Positions 47,577 to 57,528 of a stretch of DNA of 64,000 bases are shown piece after piece. Numbering within the stretch: the stretch's first letter is position 1; each line of letters opens with the position of its first letter. A program made the translations under genes and the position numbers. The DNA lies in NCBI GenBank assembly GCA_036676985.1, contig JAKFBU010000026.1:224001-288000 (forward strand), read 5' to 3'. The DNA comes from Candidatus Sericytochromatia bacterium. Its GTDB lineage: Bacteria > Cyanobacteriota > Sericytochromatia > S15B-MN24 > UBA4093. The notes under the pieces were generated by a model. The model was not told the DNA's origin. It saw nothing but the letters and a program-made list of their open reading frames with translations, and searched no databases.

Positions 47577-48779
47577 TTAGCCCACCGCGATCTGATAGCC
47601 GCCGTTCGGGTTCGAACGGATGAACTTGGCCAGCGCCTCCGGCGAGACCCGGTGCACATTCTTGTCCGCCGGGTCATGGACCAGGAAGTCACGCCCGTCC
47701 ATGCCCACCACCGCCACGTAGTGGCCCGAGCTGCGGCTCGGGTTCTCGTGCGGGGCCATGGCATAGTAGTCCCCGTTCGCCACCACGAGCTTGCCCGCCC
47801 TCATCTGCTCGGCGATCCACTCCACGTTCGCCCCGGGGCCGCGCGTCTGGGCCGACTTGCCGATGCCCTGGGCCATGGCCGCGATGCCGTTGACGTTGGT
47901 GCCGTTGCCACCGGTGCCGCCCATGCGGCCCAGGTGGTTGATGAGCTGGGCGTCGCTCATGCCCTGACCGTAGCCGAAGGCCCGCGCGATCATGGCCATG
48001 GAGGTCGGACCGCAGTTGGCCGGGCCGTTGGTGTAGCCGCTACCGGCTCCCGCGGGGCTGTACTGGTTGATGTAGGGCGCCTTGACCGGCTTGCCACTCG
48101 GGGCGGGTGAGGGGGCGATCGCCGCACCGCCCGGCAGGCGCAGCGTCATGCCGGCCTGGATGACGTTGGGGTTCGGACCGATGACGTCCCGGTTGAGCTC
48201 GTAGAGCTCGCGCCAGCGGTTGGCGTCGCCGAGCGCGCGCTGGGCAATGCCCGACAGCGTATCGCCCGAGCCCACGGTATAGGTGCCGCCGTTCGCGGGC
48301 GGAGCCGGGGGAGCCGGACGGGGCTTGGGGGCAGGGGTGGGCGCGGGCTCGCCGCTCAGGCGCAGCGTCATGCCCGGCTTGATGAGGTTCGGGTTGGCCC
48401 CGATGACGTCCCGATTCAGGTTGTAGAGCTCGCGCCAGCGGTTGCCGTCGCCGAGGACCTCCGCGGCGATCTGGTAGAGCGAATCACCGCCCTTGACCGT
48501 GTAGGTCCCCTTTGCGGGCTGGGGAGCGGGAGCCGGCGCGGGTGCCGGAGCCGGCTGGCGGCCCTTGCGGAAGCGATCCACCAGGCGCCGGAAGGCCTCA
48601 CCGATGCCCTTGATCATTCGGTCGACGAAGACGCCCAGGCGCCCCTGCGCCTCCTGGACCGAGCCGAGCGCGACGGTGGTCGCAGCGATCGCCGCCGGAG
48701 CGGCCTCGCCGCCGCCCGCCCGGACCTGGGCCGCGCGACGGGGCTGCTGGATGGGGGAGTAGGAAGTAGGTCGGATCAC
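47577..48779 (-). CDS. 2xLysM plus C39-like cysteine peptidase
   Basis: Two YTVxxGDxL...LNR...I.PG LysM repeats with Pro-Ala linkers; NCGPTSMAM, GHYVAV, VHDP catalytic triad. Confidence 0.87.
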   Translation of the reverse strand: MIRPTSYSPIQQPRRAAQVRAGGGEAAPAAIAATTVALGSVQEAQGRLGVFVDRMIKGIGEAFRRLVDRFRKGRQPAPAPAPAPAPQPAKGTYTVKGGDSLYQIAAEVLGDGNRWRELYNLNRDVIGANPNLIKPGMTLRLSGEPAPTPAPKPRPAPPAPPANGGTYTVGSGDTLSGIAQRALGDANRWRELYELNRDVIGPNPNVIQAGMTLRLPGGAAIAPSPAPSGKPVKAPYINQYSPAGAGSGYTNGPANCGPTSMAMIARAFGYGQGMSDAQLINHLGRMGGTGGNGTNVNGIAAMAQGIGKSAQTRGPGANVEWIAEQMRAGKLVVANGDYYAMAPHENPSRSSGHYVAVVGMDGRDFLVHDPADKNVHRVSPEALAKFIRSNPNGGYQIAVG

Positions 48780-48872
48780 GCTGGCACCCTCCTCGACGGC
48801 TCGTACCAGGCTCGTCGGGGGTTCGAAGGGTGTTAATTCTTATGACTCGACCATCGAAAGGTAAAGGTTTGG

Positions 48873-48907
48873 AAAAACTCGAGGGCCGCCCCCGAAGGAG
48901 CGGCCCC
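48873..48907 (-). terminator. Terminator after the aldolase gene
   Basis: GGGCCGC...GCGGCCC hairpin with an A5 tract (U5 on the minus strand). Confidence 0.6.
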
Positions 48908-48922
48908 CTGAAAGTCCGACGC

Positions 48923-50011
<1,089 letters not shown>

Positions 50012-50223
50012 ACCTCTTTCTCATCAAGCCATGCGCGTCCTGCGTCCGTGGTGCTTGCCTCGCATGGCGGAGGCGGTCGTTGCCATGATAGCGGATCTCC
50101 CTGCCTGCCGCACCCTCCTCCGGCCAAGCGGCGGAAATTGGCGTCCTGGCGAGGATTTTGAAGGCCCCGGGGACCTTGCTATACTCGCGGCAACGCGACG
50201 CGGGATGATCGGGAGGGGCCGAC

Positions 50224-51624
50224 ATGGCGCAGGCGACTCGGACCGAACGCGATTCCCTGGGCGACCTTCAGGTGCCCCAGGAGGCCCTCTGGGGGGCGCA
50301 GACCCAGCGGGCCATCGAGAACTACCCCATCAGCGGCCAGCGCATGGATCCCGCCATGGTGGCGGCGGTGGCCGCCATCAAGGCGGCCGCGGCCCGTACC
50401 CACGCCGCGCTCGGCATGCTCTCGCCCGAGAAGGCCACGGCCATCGAGCAAGCGAGCATGGAGCTGTTGCAGGGCCAGTGGCGCGATCACGTCGTGGTGG
50501 ACGTCTACCAGGCGGGGGCCGGCACGTCCTTCCACATGAACGTGAACGAGGTGATCGCCAACCGCGCCAACCAGCTCCTGGGCGAGGAGGTCGGCCTCTA
50601 CTCCCAGGTGCACCCCAACGATCACGTCAACAAGGGCCAATCCACCAACGACGTCATCCCGACCGCCATGCGCCTGGCGGCCCTCGAGCTCGCGCGGCCC
50701 CTGGAGGCGGCCCTCTCCGACCTCGCCGCGGCCCTCGACGCCAAGGGCGAGGAGTTCGACGACGTCGTCAAGAGCGGTCGCACCCATCTCCAGGACGCGG
50801 TGCCCGTGCGGCTCGGCCAGGAGTTCAAGGCGTATGCCGCCGCCGTGCGCCGCGGCCACCGGGCCCTGCACGAGACGGTGGCGGCCCTCAACGAGCTCGG
50901 GCTGGGTGGCTCGGCGGTCGGCACGGGCCTGAACACGCCCGAGGCCTACCGGGAGCGGGTCGTCGACGAGCTGCGCCCGATTCTGGGCTTGCCGGACCTG
51001 CGCCCGGCCGAGGACTACTTCGAGGCCATGCAGAGCATGGCGGTCTTCGCCAACGTCTCGGGGGCCCTGCGGACGCTCGCCATCGAGCTCGGCCGGATCG
51101 CCAACGACCTGCGCCTCTTGAGCTCGGGCCCGCGCACGGGCCTGCACGAGATCGTGCTGCCGGCCGTACAGCCCGGATCGTCCATCATGCCGGGCAAGGT
51201 CAACCCGTCCATCGCCGAGATGCTCAACCAGGTCTGCTTCCAGGTGATCGGCTGCGACGCCACCGTCGCCTCGGCCGCCGGCGCCGGCCAGCTCGAGCTC
51301 AACGTCATGATGCCCGTCATCGCCCATAACCTCTTGTTCGCCATGCGCCTCCTCGCCAACGCGGTGGAGGTCTTCACCGCCCGGTGCGTCTCCGGGATCG
51401 AGGCCGACGTCGAGCGCTGCCGGGAGTATGCCGCGAGCTCCGTGGGCCTCGCCACCGTCCTCAACCCCCTCATCGGCTACGCGGCGGCGGCAGAGGTCGC
51501 CAAGACCTCGACCCGCACGGGCATGCCGATCCCCGCGGTCGTGCGCGCCATGGGCCTGCTGTCCGAGGACCAGATCCGGACCACCTTCGCGCCCCAGGCC
51601 CTGACCGAGCCGTACACGCTCTAG
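50224..51624 (+). CDS. aspA: Aspartate ammonia-lyase / class II fumarase family (AspA-like)
   Basis: GSSIMPGKVNP, QAGAGTS, GRTHLQDA, QLELN; flanking residues look more AspA-like than FumC-like. Confidence 0.75.
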   Translation: MAQATRTERDSLGDLQVPQEALWGAQTQRAIENYPISGQRMDPAMVAAVAAIKAAAARTHAALGMLSPEKATAIEQASMELLQGQWRDHVVVDVYQAGAGTSFHMNVNEVIANRANQLLGEEVGLYSQVHPNDHVNKGQSTNDVIPTAMRLAALELARPLEAALSDLAAALDAKGEEFDDVVKSGRTHLQDAVPVRLGQEFKAYAAAVRRGHRALHETVAALNELGLGGSAVGTGLNTPEAYRERVVDELRPILGLPDLRPAEDYFEAMQSMAVFANVSGALRTLAIELGRIANDLRLLSSGPRTGLHEIVLPAVQPGSSIMPGKVNPSIAEMLNQVCFQVIGCDATVASAAGAGQLELNVMMPVIAHNLLFAMRLLANAVEVFTARCVSGIEADVERCREYAASSVGLATVLNPLIGYAAAAEVAKTSTRTGMPIPAVVRAMGLLSEDQIRTTFAPQALTEPYTL

Positions 51625-51633
51625 GAGGGGGCC

Positions 51634-52500
51634 GTGCTCGAAGACCAGGCCGGAGACATCGTGCGCAAGGCCCGCCTGGGCCAGGGTATGGACCGCTCGG
51701 CCGTCGCGGGAGCGGCCGGCCTCTCGGAGGCCGAGCTCGAGGCCTACGAGCGCCGGGTCGAGCCGCTCTCGCCCGAGGCGGCGGTGGCCCTGGCCGAGGT
51801 GCTGGGGCTCGATGCCCGAAAGCTTGCCCGGATCGCGGCGGGCGCCTACGTGCCCCGGCTCCAGCCCGAGACTACCCCGGACGCCCTGGTGCGCCGCCTG
51901 GTCGTCGCCCAGGAGGACGGCCGGACCGCGAACTGCTACCTGTTCGGCTTCCAGGACACCGAAGAGGCCGTGGTCGTGGACCCGGGGGCCGAGCCCAAGC
52001 GGATCCTCGCCGAGCTCGACGCCCTCAAGTGGCGGCCGCGCTACGTGGCCCTCACCAACGGCCACCCCGAGCATGCGGGGGCGATCGAGGCCATCATGGA
52101 CGAGTGGGCGGTGTGCGTCCTCGCCGGGGCGCAGGACGTCCCCCTCATCGGTCTCGAGCCCGAGCGGGTGCACATGGTCCGGGAAGCGGAGCTACTGCCG
52201 CTCGGGCGCCATGCCTTCCGGGCCATCTTCACGCCCGGCCATACCCTCGGCGGCGTGAGCTACCTGGCGGATCACGCCTGTTTCGTGGGGGACGCCCTCG
52301 TCGCCGGCTCCCTTGGCAATCCCGACGTGCCGGAGGTCGGCTACCGCCTCTTGCGCGACTCCGTGGGCTCCAAGCTCCTCGCCCTTCCCCCCGAGACCCG
52401 CCTCTACCCGGGCCATGGGCCGTCCACGACCGTCGCCGAGGAGCGGGCGGCGAACCCGTTCTTTTCAACGGCATTTATCCAATCCTTAAACGTTCCTTAA
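51634..52500 (+). CDS. Xre-HTH plus MBL-fold (glyoxalase II-like) protein
   Basis: N-terminal IVRKARLGQG...LSEAELEAYE HTH; TNGHPEH, TPGHT, VGD, YPGHG. Confidence 0.8.
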   Translation: MLEDQAGDIVRKARLGQGMDRSAVAGAAGLSEAELEAYERRVEPLSPEAAVALAEVLGLDARKLARIAAGAYVPRLQPETTPDALVRRLVVAQEDGRTANCYLFGFQDTEEAVVVDPGAEPKRILAELDALKWRPRYVALTNGHPEHAGAIEAIMDEWAVCVLAGAQDVPLIGLEPERVHMVREAELLPLGRHAFRAIFTPGHTLGGVSYLADHACFVGDALVAGSLGNPDVPEVGYRLLRDSVGSKLLALPPETRLYPGHGPSTTVAEERAANPFFSTAFIQSLNVP

Positions 52501-52580
52501 GACACTTCTAACGCGTTCTTAGCGATAACTCCTTCATCAAACGGAACACTTTGACGTTTACATAGAGGAGGCTATCGCGA

Positions 52581-53831
52581 ATGCGTTCGCTCAAGTTGGG
52601 GGCCGTTGCCCTCTTGGCGCTCTCCCTGGTCGGTTGCGGCATGGCGCCCGGCGCCATGGTCTCGGGTGACAAGGCCGTCTCGGCCCTCGGCAAGGCCGGC
52701 GATCCCTTCGCCCTGATGACCTTCTTCGCCCTGGACAACGACCTGGACAACGGCACGGGCATCGTGTCGCGCCTCAACTCGGCGGCGGCCGCCTCCTCCA
52801 AGACCCCGGCCGTGACGCTGTACGACGGCTCGCGCGACAACGACTCCGTCTACTACGTCCAGACTCCCGGTCGCTCGGTCGAGAAGGCGAGCGTCGGTGA
52901 GGTCGATTCGGGCACGGCCAAGGGCCTCGCGGACTTCATGGCCTTCGGCGCTCCCAAGGTCACCGGCAAGCGTCGGGTCCTCTCCATGGCCGACCACGGC
53001 GGCGGCATTGTCCGCGGCATCTGCTCCGACTGGAATGGCCCGGGCGGCAAGAAGATCATCCACATGCCCGAAGTGGCGGGCGTTCTCCAGAGCACGCCGG
53101 TGGACATGATGCTCTTCGACGCCTGCTTCATGGGCATGGCCGAGGTGGCCTACGAGCTGCGCGGCAAGGCCGACGTGGTCATCGGCGCCCAGACGACCAC
53201 CCGCGGCGACTTCCCCTACGCCGAGATCGTCGAGACGCTCGATCGGAACGTGGACGCCACCAACCAGGAGGCGGCCAAGGCCGTCCTGAAGGACGTGGCC
53301 GCCAACGCCAACTACACCGTCGCCTTCGGCGCGGTCGACGTCACCAAGATGGACGCCGTGGCCCAGCAGATGAAGCAGCTGGTCGCGGTCATGGCCCCCA
53401 AGGTCCCCACCATGAAGAAGCAGATGCAGCAGGCCATCGGTGCCGCGCAGGCCTATGCCTGGGAGACGGATCCCGGCATGGCCATGTACAACAGCTACAA
53501 GGACTTCGGCGACGTGATGGCGCAGTTCGAGAAGCTGGGCGACCCGGCGATCGCCAAGGCCGCAGCCGACGTGAAGGCGGCCGTCAAGGAGGCCGTCCTC
53601 GCCGAGTCCCACCGCTCTGGAGGCATGTTCAGCCGCGAGAAGCTCGATCGGGTGTCGGGCGTGGCCCTCTACGCCGTCGCGGGCGGCTCGGTGGAGTCCA
53701 AGTACCTGACCCGCGCCTGGAGCCGCGACACGGGCTGGGGCGACCTGCTCGTGAAGATCAACGGCGGCGGCGCCTGGGGCCCCGCGGTGGCCCCGGACAA
53801 GTACCCCCACGCCTTCCCCAGCAAGCGCTAA
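52581..53831 (+). CDS. Clostripain (peptidase C11) family lipoprotein
   Basis: LVGC lipobox; DNDL, DHGGG (His), FDACFM (Cys), EVAYEL. Confidence 0.85.
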   Translation: MRSLKLGAVALLALSLVGCGMAPGAMVSGDKAVSALGKAGDPFALMTFFALDNDLDNGTGIVSRLNSAAAASSKTPAVTLYDGSRDNDSVYYVQTPGRSVEKASVGEVDSGTAKGLADFMAFGAPKVTGKRRVLSMADHGGGIVRGICSDWNGPGGKKIIHMPEVAGVLQSTPVDMMLFDACFMGMAEVAYELRGKADVVIGAQTTTRGDFPYAEIVETLDRNVDATNQEAAKAVLKDVAANANYTVAFGAVDVTKMDAVAQQMKQLVAVMAPKVPTMKKQMQQAIGAAQAYAWETDPGMAMYNSYKDFGDVMAQFEKLGDPAIAKAAADVKAAVKEAVLAESHRSGGMFSREKLDRVSGVALYAVAGGSVESKYLTRAWSRDTGWGDLLVKINGGGAWGPAVAPDKYPHAFPSKR

Positions 53832-53843
53832 CGCGCATTTCCG

Positions 53844-53874
53844 AGGGCCCGGTCGCATCGCGACCGGGCCCTTT
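53844..53874 (+). terminator. Intrinsic terminator
   Basis: AGGGCCCGGTCGC-ATC-GCGACCGGGCCCT followed by TT. Confidence 0.75.
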
Positions 53875-54065
53875 CGGTTGGCCGCCGCCTCCGGGCGTAG
53901 ACCGAGGCCTGCGTGAAGCCCGCGGCGCCAGAGTGAGGAACGTGAAGGAATGTAAAGCGTACGTAGTCATTACGGATGCCCTGATAATGACGCGGGTGTT
54001 ATCGTGCTCATCAAGGGCAAATTTATACCTCAGTACAGGTATCCCGTCTCTTGAGGAGGTACGTC

Positions 54066-54731
54066 GTGTCCCTGGCTGCTGATGACCGAAGGAAGGGGTC
54101 TCCGTCGTTTTCGGAGATGCTCGGAGTTTACGAGGTCTCGATCCACATCCGCCGGCTCACTCGAGCGTTGCTCGACGTCTCGGACGACATGGCGCTGCTT
54201 GCGACCAACGCCGAGATCACAGCGGACCGTTCGCGGGCCGAGCGAGGCGCGCTCACGGTCATTGCCAACGAGGCCAAGCGCATCGCCCACGAGACCGAGC
54301 GTCTGGTCAACGAGATCCGCAAGACCTCCGGCCGGCTGGAGCGCGAGTCCATGGCGGGCGTGCTGAAGGCCCGGGCCATGGCCCAGTACGCGCTCGCCCT
54401 CCGGCTGACGAAGCGCGAGGCGGTGCAAGTCGTCCTCGACCAGAGCGTGGATGCCGCCGGAGAGCAGTTGCTTGCCTCCATCCGAGAGATCGATCACTCC
54501 CTCGAGCGCATGAGGGTCCACCGCCAGGCCATCGACAAGCTCAACGACCGCGCGGCCATCGTGGCCACCTACTTCCGCATCGAAGCGAGCCGGGACGAGG
54601 ATGGCACCTACTTCCACTCGATCGCGAGCATGCTGGACACCCTGGGCGTCCAGGTGACGGGCGTGGTCGGTGAGCTGTATCAGGTTCTCAGCATTTCCAA
54701 GCAAGTGAACACGTGGATGGAGACCGCATGA
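54066..54731 (+). CDS. Soluble, degenerate MCP-signalling-domain protein
   Basis: LLATNAEITADRSRAERGALTVIANEAKRIA resembles the MCP hairpin tip; GTG start after GAGGAGG. Confidence 0.7.
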   Translation: MSLAADDRRKGSPSFSEMLGVYEVSIHIRRLTRALLDVSDDMALLATNAEITADRSRAERGALTVIANEAKRIAHETERLVNEIRKTSGRLERESMAGVLKARAMAQYALALRLTKREAVQVVLDQSVDAAGEQLLASIREIDHSLERMRVHRQAIDKLNDRAAIVATYFRIEASRDEDGTYFHSIASMLDTLGVQVTGVVGELYQVLSISKQVNTWMETA

Positions 54732-55489
54732 TCGGACGCACCCTCTTCGATGACGGCAATCACCGCTGGATAGCCATCGGGCGCGATTCGAACAAGCCCG
54801 GCGAGGTCATCGACACCAACGAGTACCTCATCGTCAGCAACGGCGAGGCCCTGTTGCTGGATCCCGGCGGCACGGAGATCTTCCCGGCGGTGCTCGCCGC
54901 GGTCTCCGACCACATCGACCTCGCGCAGATCAAGACCCTGTTCGCGAGCCACCAGGATCCGGACGTCTTCTCCTCCCTGCCGCTGTGGATGGGGCTCTGC
55001 CCCGAGGCACACGTCTACATGCCCTGGCTGTGGTCGAGCTTTATCGCGCACTTCGGCTACGAGTACGTGGCCGCGTTCCATGCCGTCCCGGACGAGGGCG
55101 GCACCCTACCGGTCGGCCGCGCGGGCCGCACGCTGCAGATGGTGCCGGCGCACTACTGCCACTCGTCGGGCAACTTCAGCGTGTACGATCCCCATGCCAA
55201 GATCCTCTTCTCGGGCGACATGGGGGCCGCCCTGTTGCCCGAAGGAGAGGACAGCCTCTTTGTGACCGACTTCGAGCGCCACACCGGCTACATGGTCGGC
55301 TTCCATCGCCGCTGGCTCCCCTCCAACGCCGCCAAAAACGCGTGGATCGCCCGGGTCCGCGCGCTCGAGGTCGACATGCTCTGCCCCCAGCACGGCTCCA
55401 TCTTCCGGGGCGAGCAGGTGGGGCAGTTCCTCGACTGGCTCGAGGAGCTGAACGTCGGCGTCGCCGTTTCGGTCCCGGCCCAGGCATGA
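54728..55489 (+). CDS. ODP-like oxygen-binding di-iron MBL-fold protein
   Basis: DTNEYLI, DPGG, SHQDPD, HYCHSSGN, FSGD, PQHG; ATGA overlap with the upstream gene. Confidence 0.82.
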   Translation: MIGRTLFDDGNHRWIAIGRDSNKPGEVIDTNEYLIVSNGEALLLDPGGTEIFPAVLAAVSDHIDLAQIKTLFASHQDPDVFSSLPLWMGLCPEAHVYMPWLWSSFIAHFGYEYVAAFHAVPDEGGTLPVGRAGRTLQMVPAHYCHSSGNFSVYDPHAKILFSGDMGAALLPEGEDSLFVTDFERHTGYMVGFHRRWLPSNAAKNAWIARVRALEVDMLCPQHGSIFRGEQVGQFLDWLEELNVGVAVSVPAQA

Positions 55490-55523
55490 CCCCGGCCCGG
55501 GGACGGGCCGAGCCGCAAAGGAC

Positions 55524-55551
55524 AAAGGGCCGGCGATCGCCGGCCCTTTTT
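55524..55551. terminator. Bidirectional terminator
   Basis: Palindrome AAAGGGCCGGCGATCGCCGGCCCTTT plus TT, between convergent genes. Confidence 0.8.
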
Positions 55552-55576
55552 GGCTCCCGAAACGGAGTGGAACAGC

Positions 55577-56281
55577 CTACATGAGGCTTTGGTTGCGCAT
55601 GATGCTGATGAGCTTGGCGGCGTAGCTCGGATCGGTGGCGTAGGTCCCCTGCAGGGCCCGCGCGTAGCGGACCGGGTCCTCCTTGTTGGCGAGGGCGCGC
55701 TTGTAGTAGCCGTTGTGGATGGTCTTGGCGTAGGCCTCGAAGGCCTCGTCGAAGCTGCCGTAGTGGGCGAAGCGGGCCTGAACGCGGTGCCAGCGGCCGC
55801 CGGTGTGCTCGCGGGTCGAGACCTTGATGGAGCCCTGCGAGCCTTCTCCCTTGATGCCGAAGACGTTGTAGGTGCCGATGGCCGACTTGCCCCAGTTGGA
55901 CTCGAGCGCGGCCTGGGCGACGATGACCTCGGCGGGCAGGCCGTACTTGGCCTCGATCCGCTCGGCGGCGGGCATCATGGAGCGCAGGAAGGGGCTGCGG
56001 GGCTGGCGCTGCGAGTCGTGGATGACGGACGCGAGCTCGCGGACGTCCGCACGCCGGGCGCGGTGGGGCTGGTCGGTCGAGCGGATGTGCCGGTCCTGGC
56101 GGGCCGCCGCGCTCAGCTCCAGGGTGTCGGCGGGCAGCTTGAGCGTGGCGCCGGCGAGGATCTCGTGCGGGTTCTCGATGCGGTTGAGGCGCATGAGGGT
56201 GCGGATCGACGTGTTGTTGCGTCGGGCGATCGCATCGAGCGTGTCGCCCTTCTGGATCGTGTACGTCGGTTTGATCTCCAT
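55577..56281 (-). CDS. LysM plus GH73 (FlgJ-like) peptidoglycan hydrolase
   Basis: LysM YTIQKGDTL; AQAALESNWG, NVFGIK, YATDPSY. Confidence 0.9.
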   Translation of the reverse strand: MEIKPTYTIQKGDTLDAIARRNNTSIRTLMRLNRIENPHEILAGATLKLPADTLELSAAARQDRHIRSTDQPHRARRADVRELASVIHDSQRQPRSPFLRSMMPAAERIEAKYGLPAEVIVAQAALESNWGKSAIGTYNVFGIKGEGSQGSIKVSTREHTGGRWHRVQARFAHYGSFDEAFEAYAKTIHNGYYKRALANKEDPVRYARALQGTYATDPSYAAKLISIMRNQSLM

Positions 56282-56371
56282 GGCAGCCTCCAAACTGTTG
56301 ATGTGCCTTAGGAGTGTTATCCGTACACGAGCTGTTAAGTTTCTGATGTTCCGGTTAAGGTTCAGGAAATC

Positions 56372-57418
56372 TTAGACCAAAACCTCGATCCCCTTGCCGG
56401 GCACGAGCTCTCCGATCTCCTTGACCAGGAGATCGGCCTCCTCGAGGGCCTCGATGAGCGTCTCGCGGCCTTCGGGGGGCACGGCGATGAGCATGCCGCC
56501 CGAGGTCTGGGCGTCGGCCAACAGGAGCTGCTCGGGGAGGTTGAGGCCCGGAGCGAAGGTGACCTGGGGCCGCAGGAACTCGAGGTTCTGCTCGGTGCCG
56601 CCGGGCACGATGTCCTGCTTGGCGAACTCCCAGGCCTCGGGGAAGATGGGCACCTCGGAGAAGCTGATGCATGCGCCCAGCCCGGACCCGTTGGCCATCT
56701 CGGCCAGGTGGCCCAGGAGGCCGAAGCCCGTGATGTCGGTGGCCGCGTGCGCGCCGGCCCGGATCATGGCCGCGGCGGCCGCCTTGTTGAGGGCCGCCAT
56801 CGAGGCGCTCGCGCGCTCGATGAGGTCGTCCGAGGCCAGGCCCTTCTTGATGGCCGTGGTGATGATGCCCACGCCGATGGGTTTGGTCAGGAAGAGGCGA
56901 TCGCCCGCCTTGCCGCCCGCGTTGGTGATGGCCTTGCCGGGATGCACCAGGCCCGTGACGGCCATGCCGAACTTGGGCTCGGCGTCGTCGACGGTGTGGC
57001 CGCCCACGATGGTGATGCCCGCCTCGGCCGCCTTGTCGGCCCCGCCGCGCAGGATCTCGACCAGCACCTCGTTGGGGACCTTGCCCATGGGGAAGCCCAC
57101 GATGTTGAGGCCGGTGAGCGGCTTGCCGCCCATGGCGTAGATGTCGCTCACGGCGTTGGCGACGGCGATCTGGCCGAAGCGGTACGGGTCGTCGACCATG
57201 GGCGTGAAGAAGTCGACGGTCTGGACCAGGGCCAGATCGTCCGACAGGCGGAACACGCCCGCGTCGTCGGACGTCTCGATGCCGACGAGCAGGTCGGGGT
57301 GGGTGGCTTTCGGGAGGTGGCTCAGGACCTGAGCCAGGTCTTGGGGATTGACCTTGCTCGCTCAGCCGGATTTGCGGACCAGGCTCGTCAGCCGGAAGAT
57401 CTCGTCGCGGGTATGCAT
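56372..57418 (-). CDS. selD: Selenophosphate synthetase, selenocysteine-containing (UGA at codon 19)
   Basis: Hand translation MHTRDEIFRLTSLVRKSG-U-ASKVNPQDL...SDDAGV, continuous with QTVDFFTP, NAVSDIYAMGG, TDITGFGLLGH, DAQTSGG; TGA at 57364-57362. Confidence 0.93.
57318..57359 (-). promoter_or_regulatory. Candidate SECIS region of selD
   Basis: Two overlapping hairpins 3' of the UGA: GAGCAAGGUC-AAUCCCCAA-GACCUGGCUC and UGGCUCAG-GUC-CUGAGCCA. Confidence 0.6.
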
Positions 57419-57460
57419 GGCAGCCTCAACTGAAGGTGATCGACCCGCCCATTATACCGC

Positions 57461-57528
57461 GCTCCGGTGCTAACGGCGTGGGGCCCGGCGGACAATTCCG
57501 CCGGGCCCCACGCCGTTAGCACCGGAGC
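57461..57528. repeat. 32-bp perfect inverted repeat with a 4-nt loop
   Basis: GCTCCGGTGCTAACGGCGTGGGGCCCGGCGGA-CAAT-TCCGCCGGGCCCCACGCCGTTAGCACCGGAGC. Confidence 0.9.

Noticed and set aside
48810-48835. GGTTCGAA T-loop-like motif suggesting a tRNA
   Set aside because: No cloverleaf or acceptor stem. No tRNA, including tRNA-Sec, was seen in the window.
56372-57418. selD as a pseudogene or N-truncated 294-aa gene
   Set aside because: The TGA falls exactly at the catalytic Cys/Sec position with an intact frame on both sides, so Sec recoding is the better explanation.
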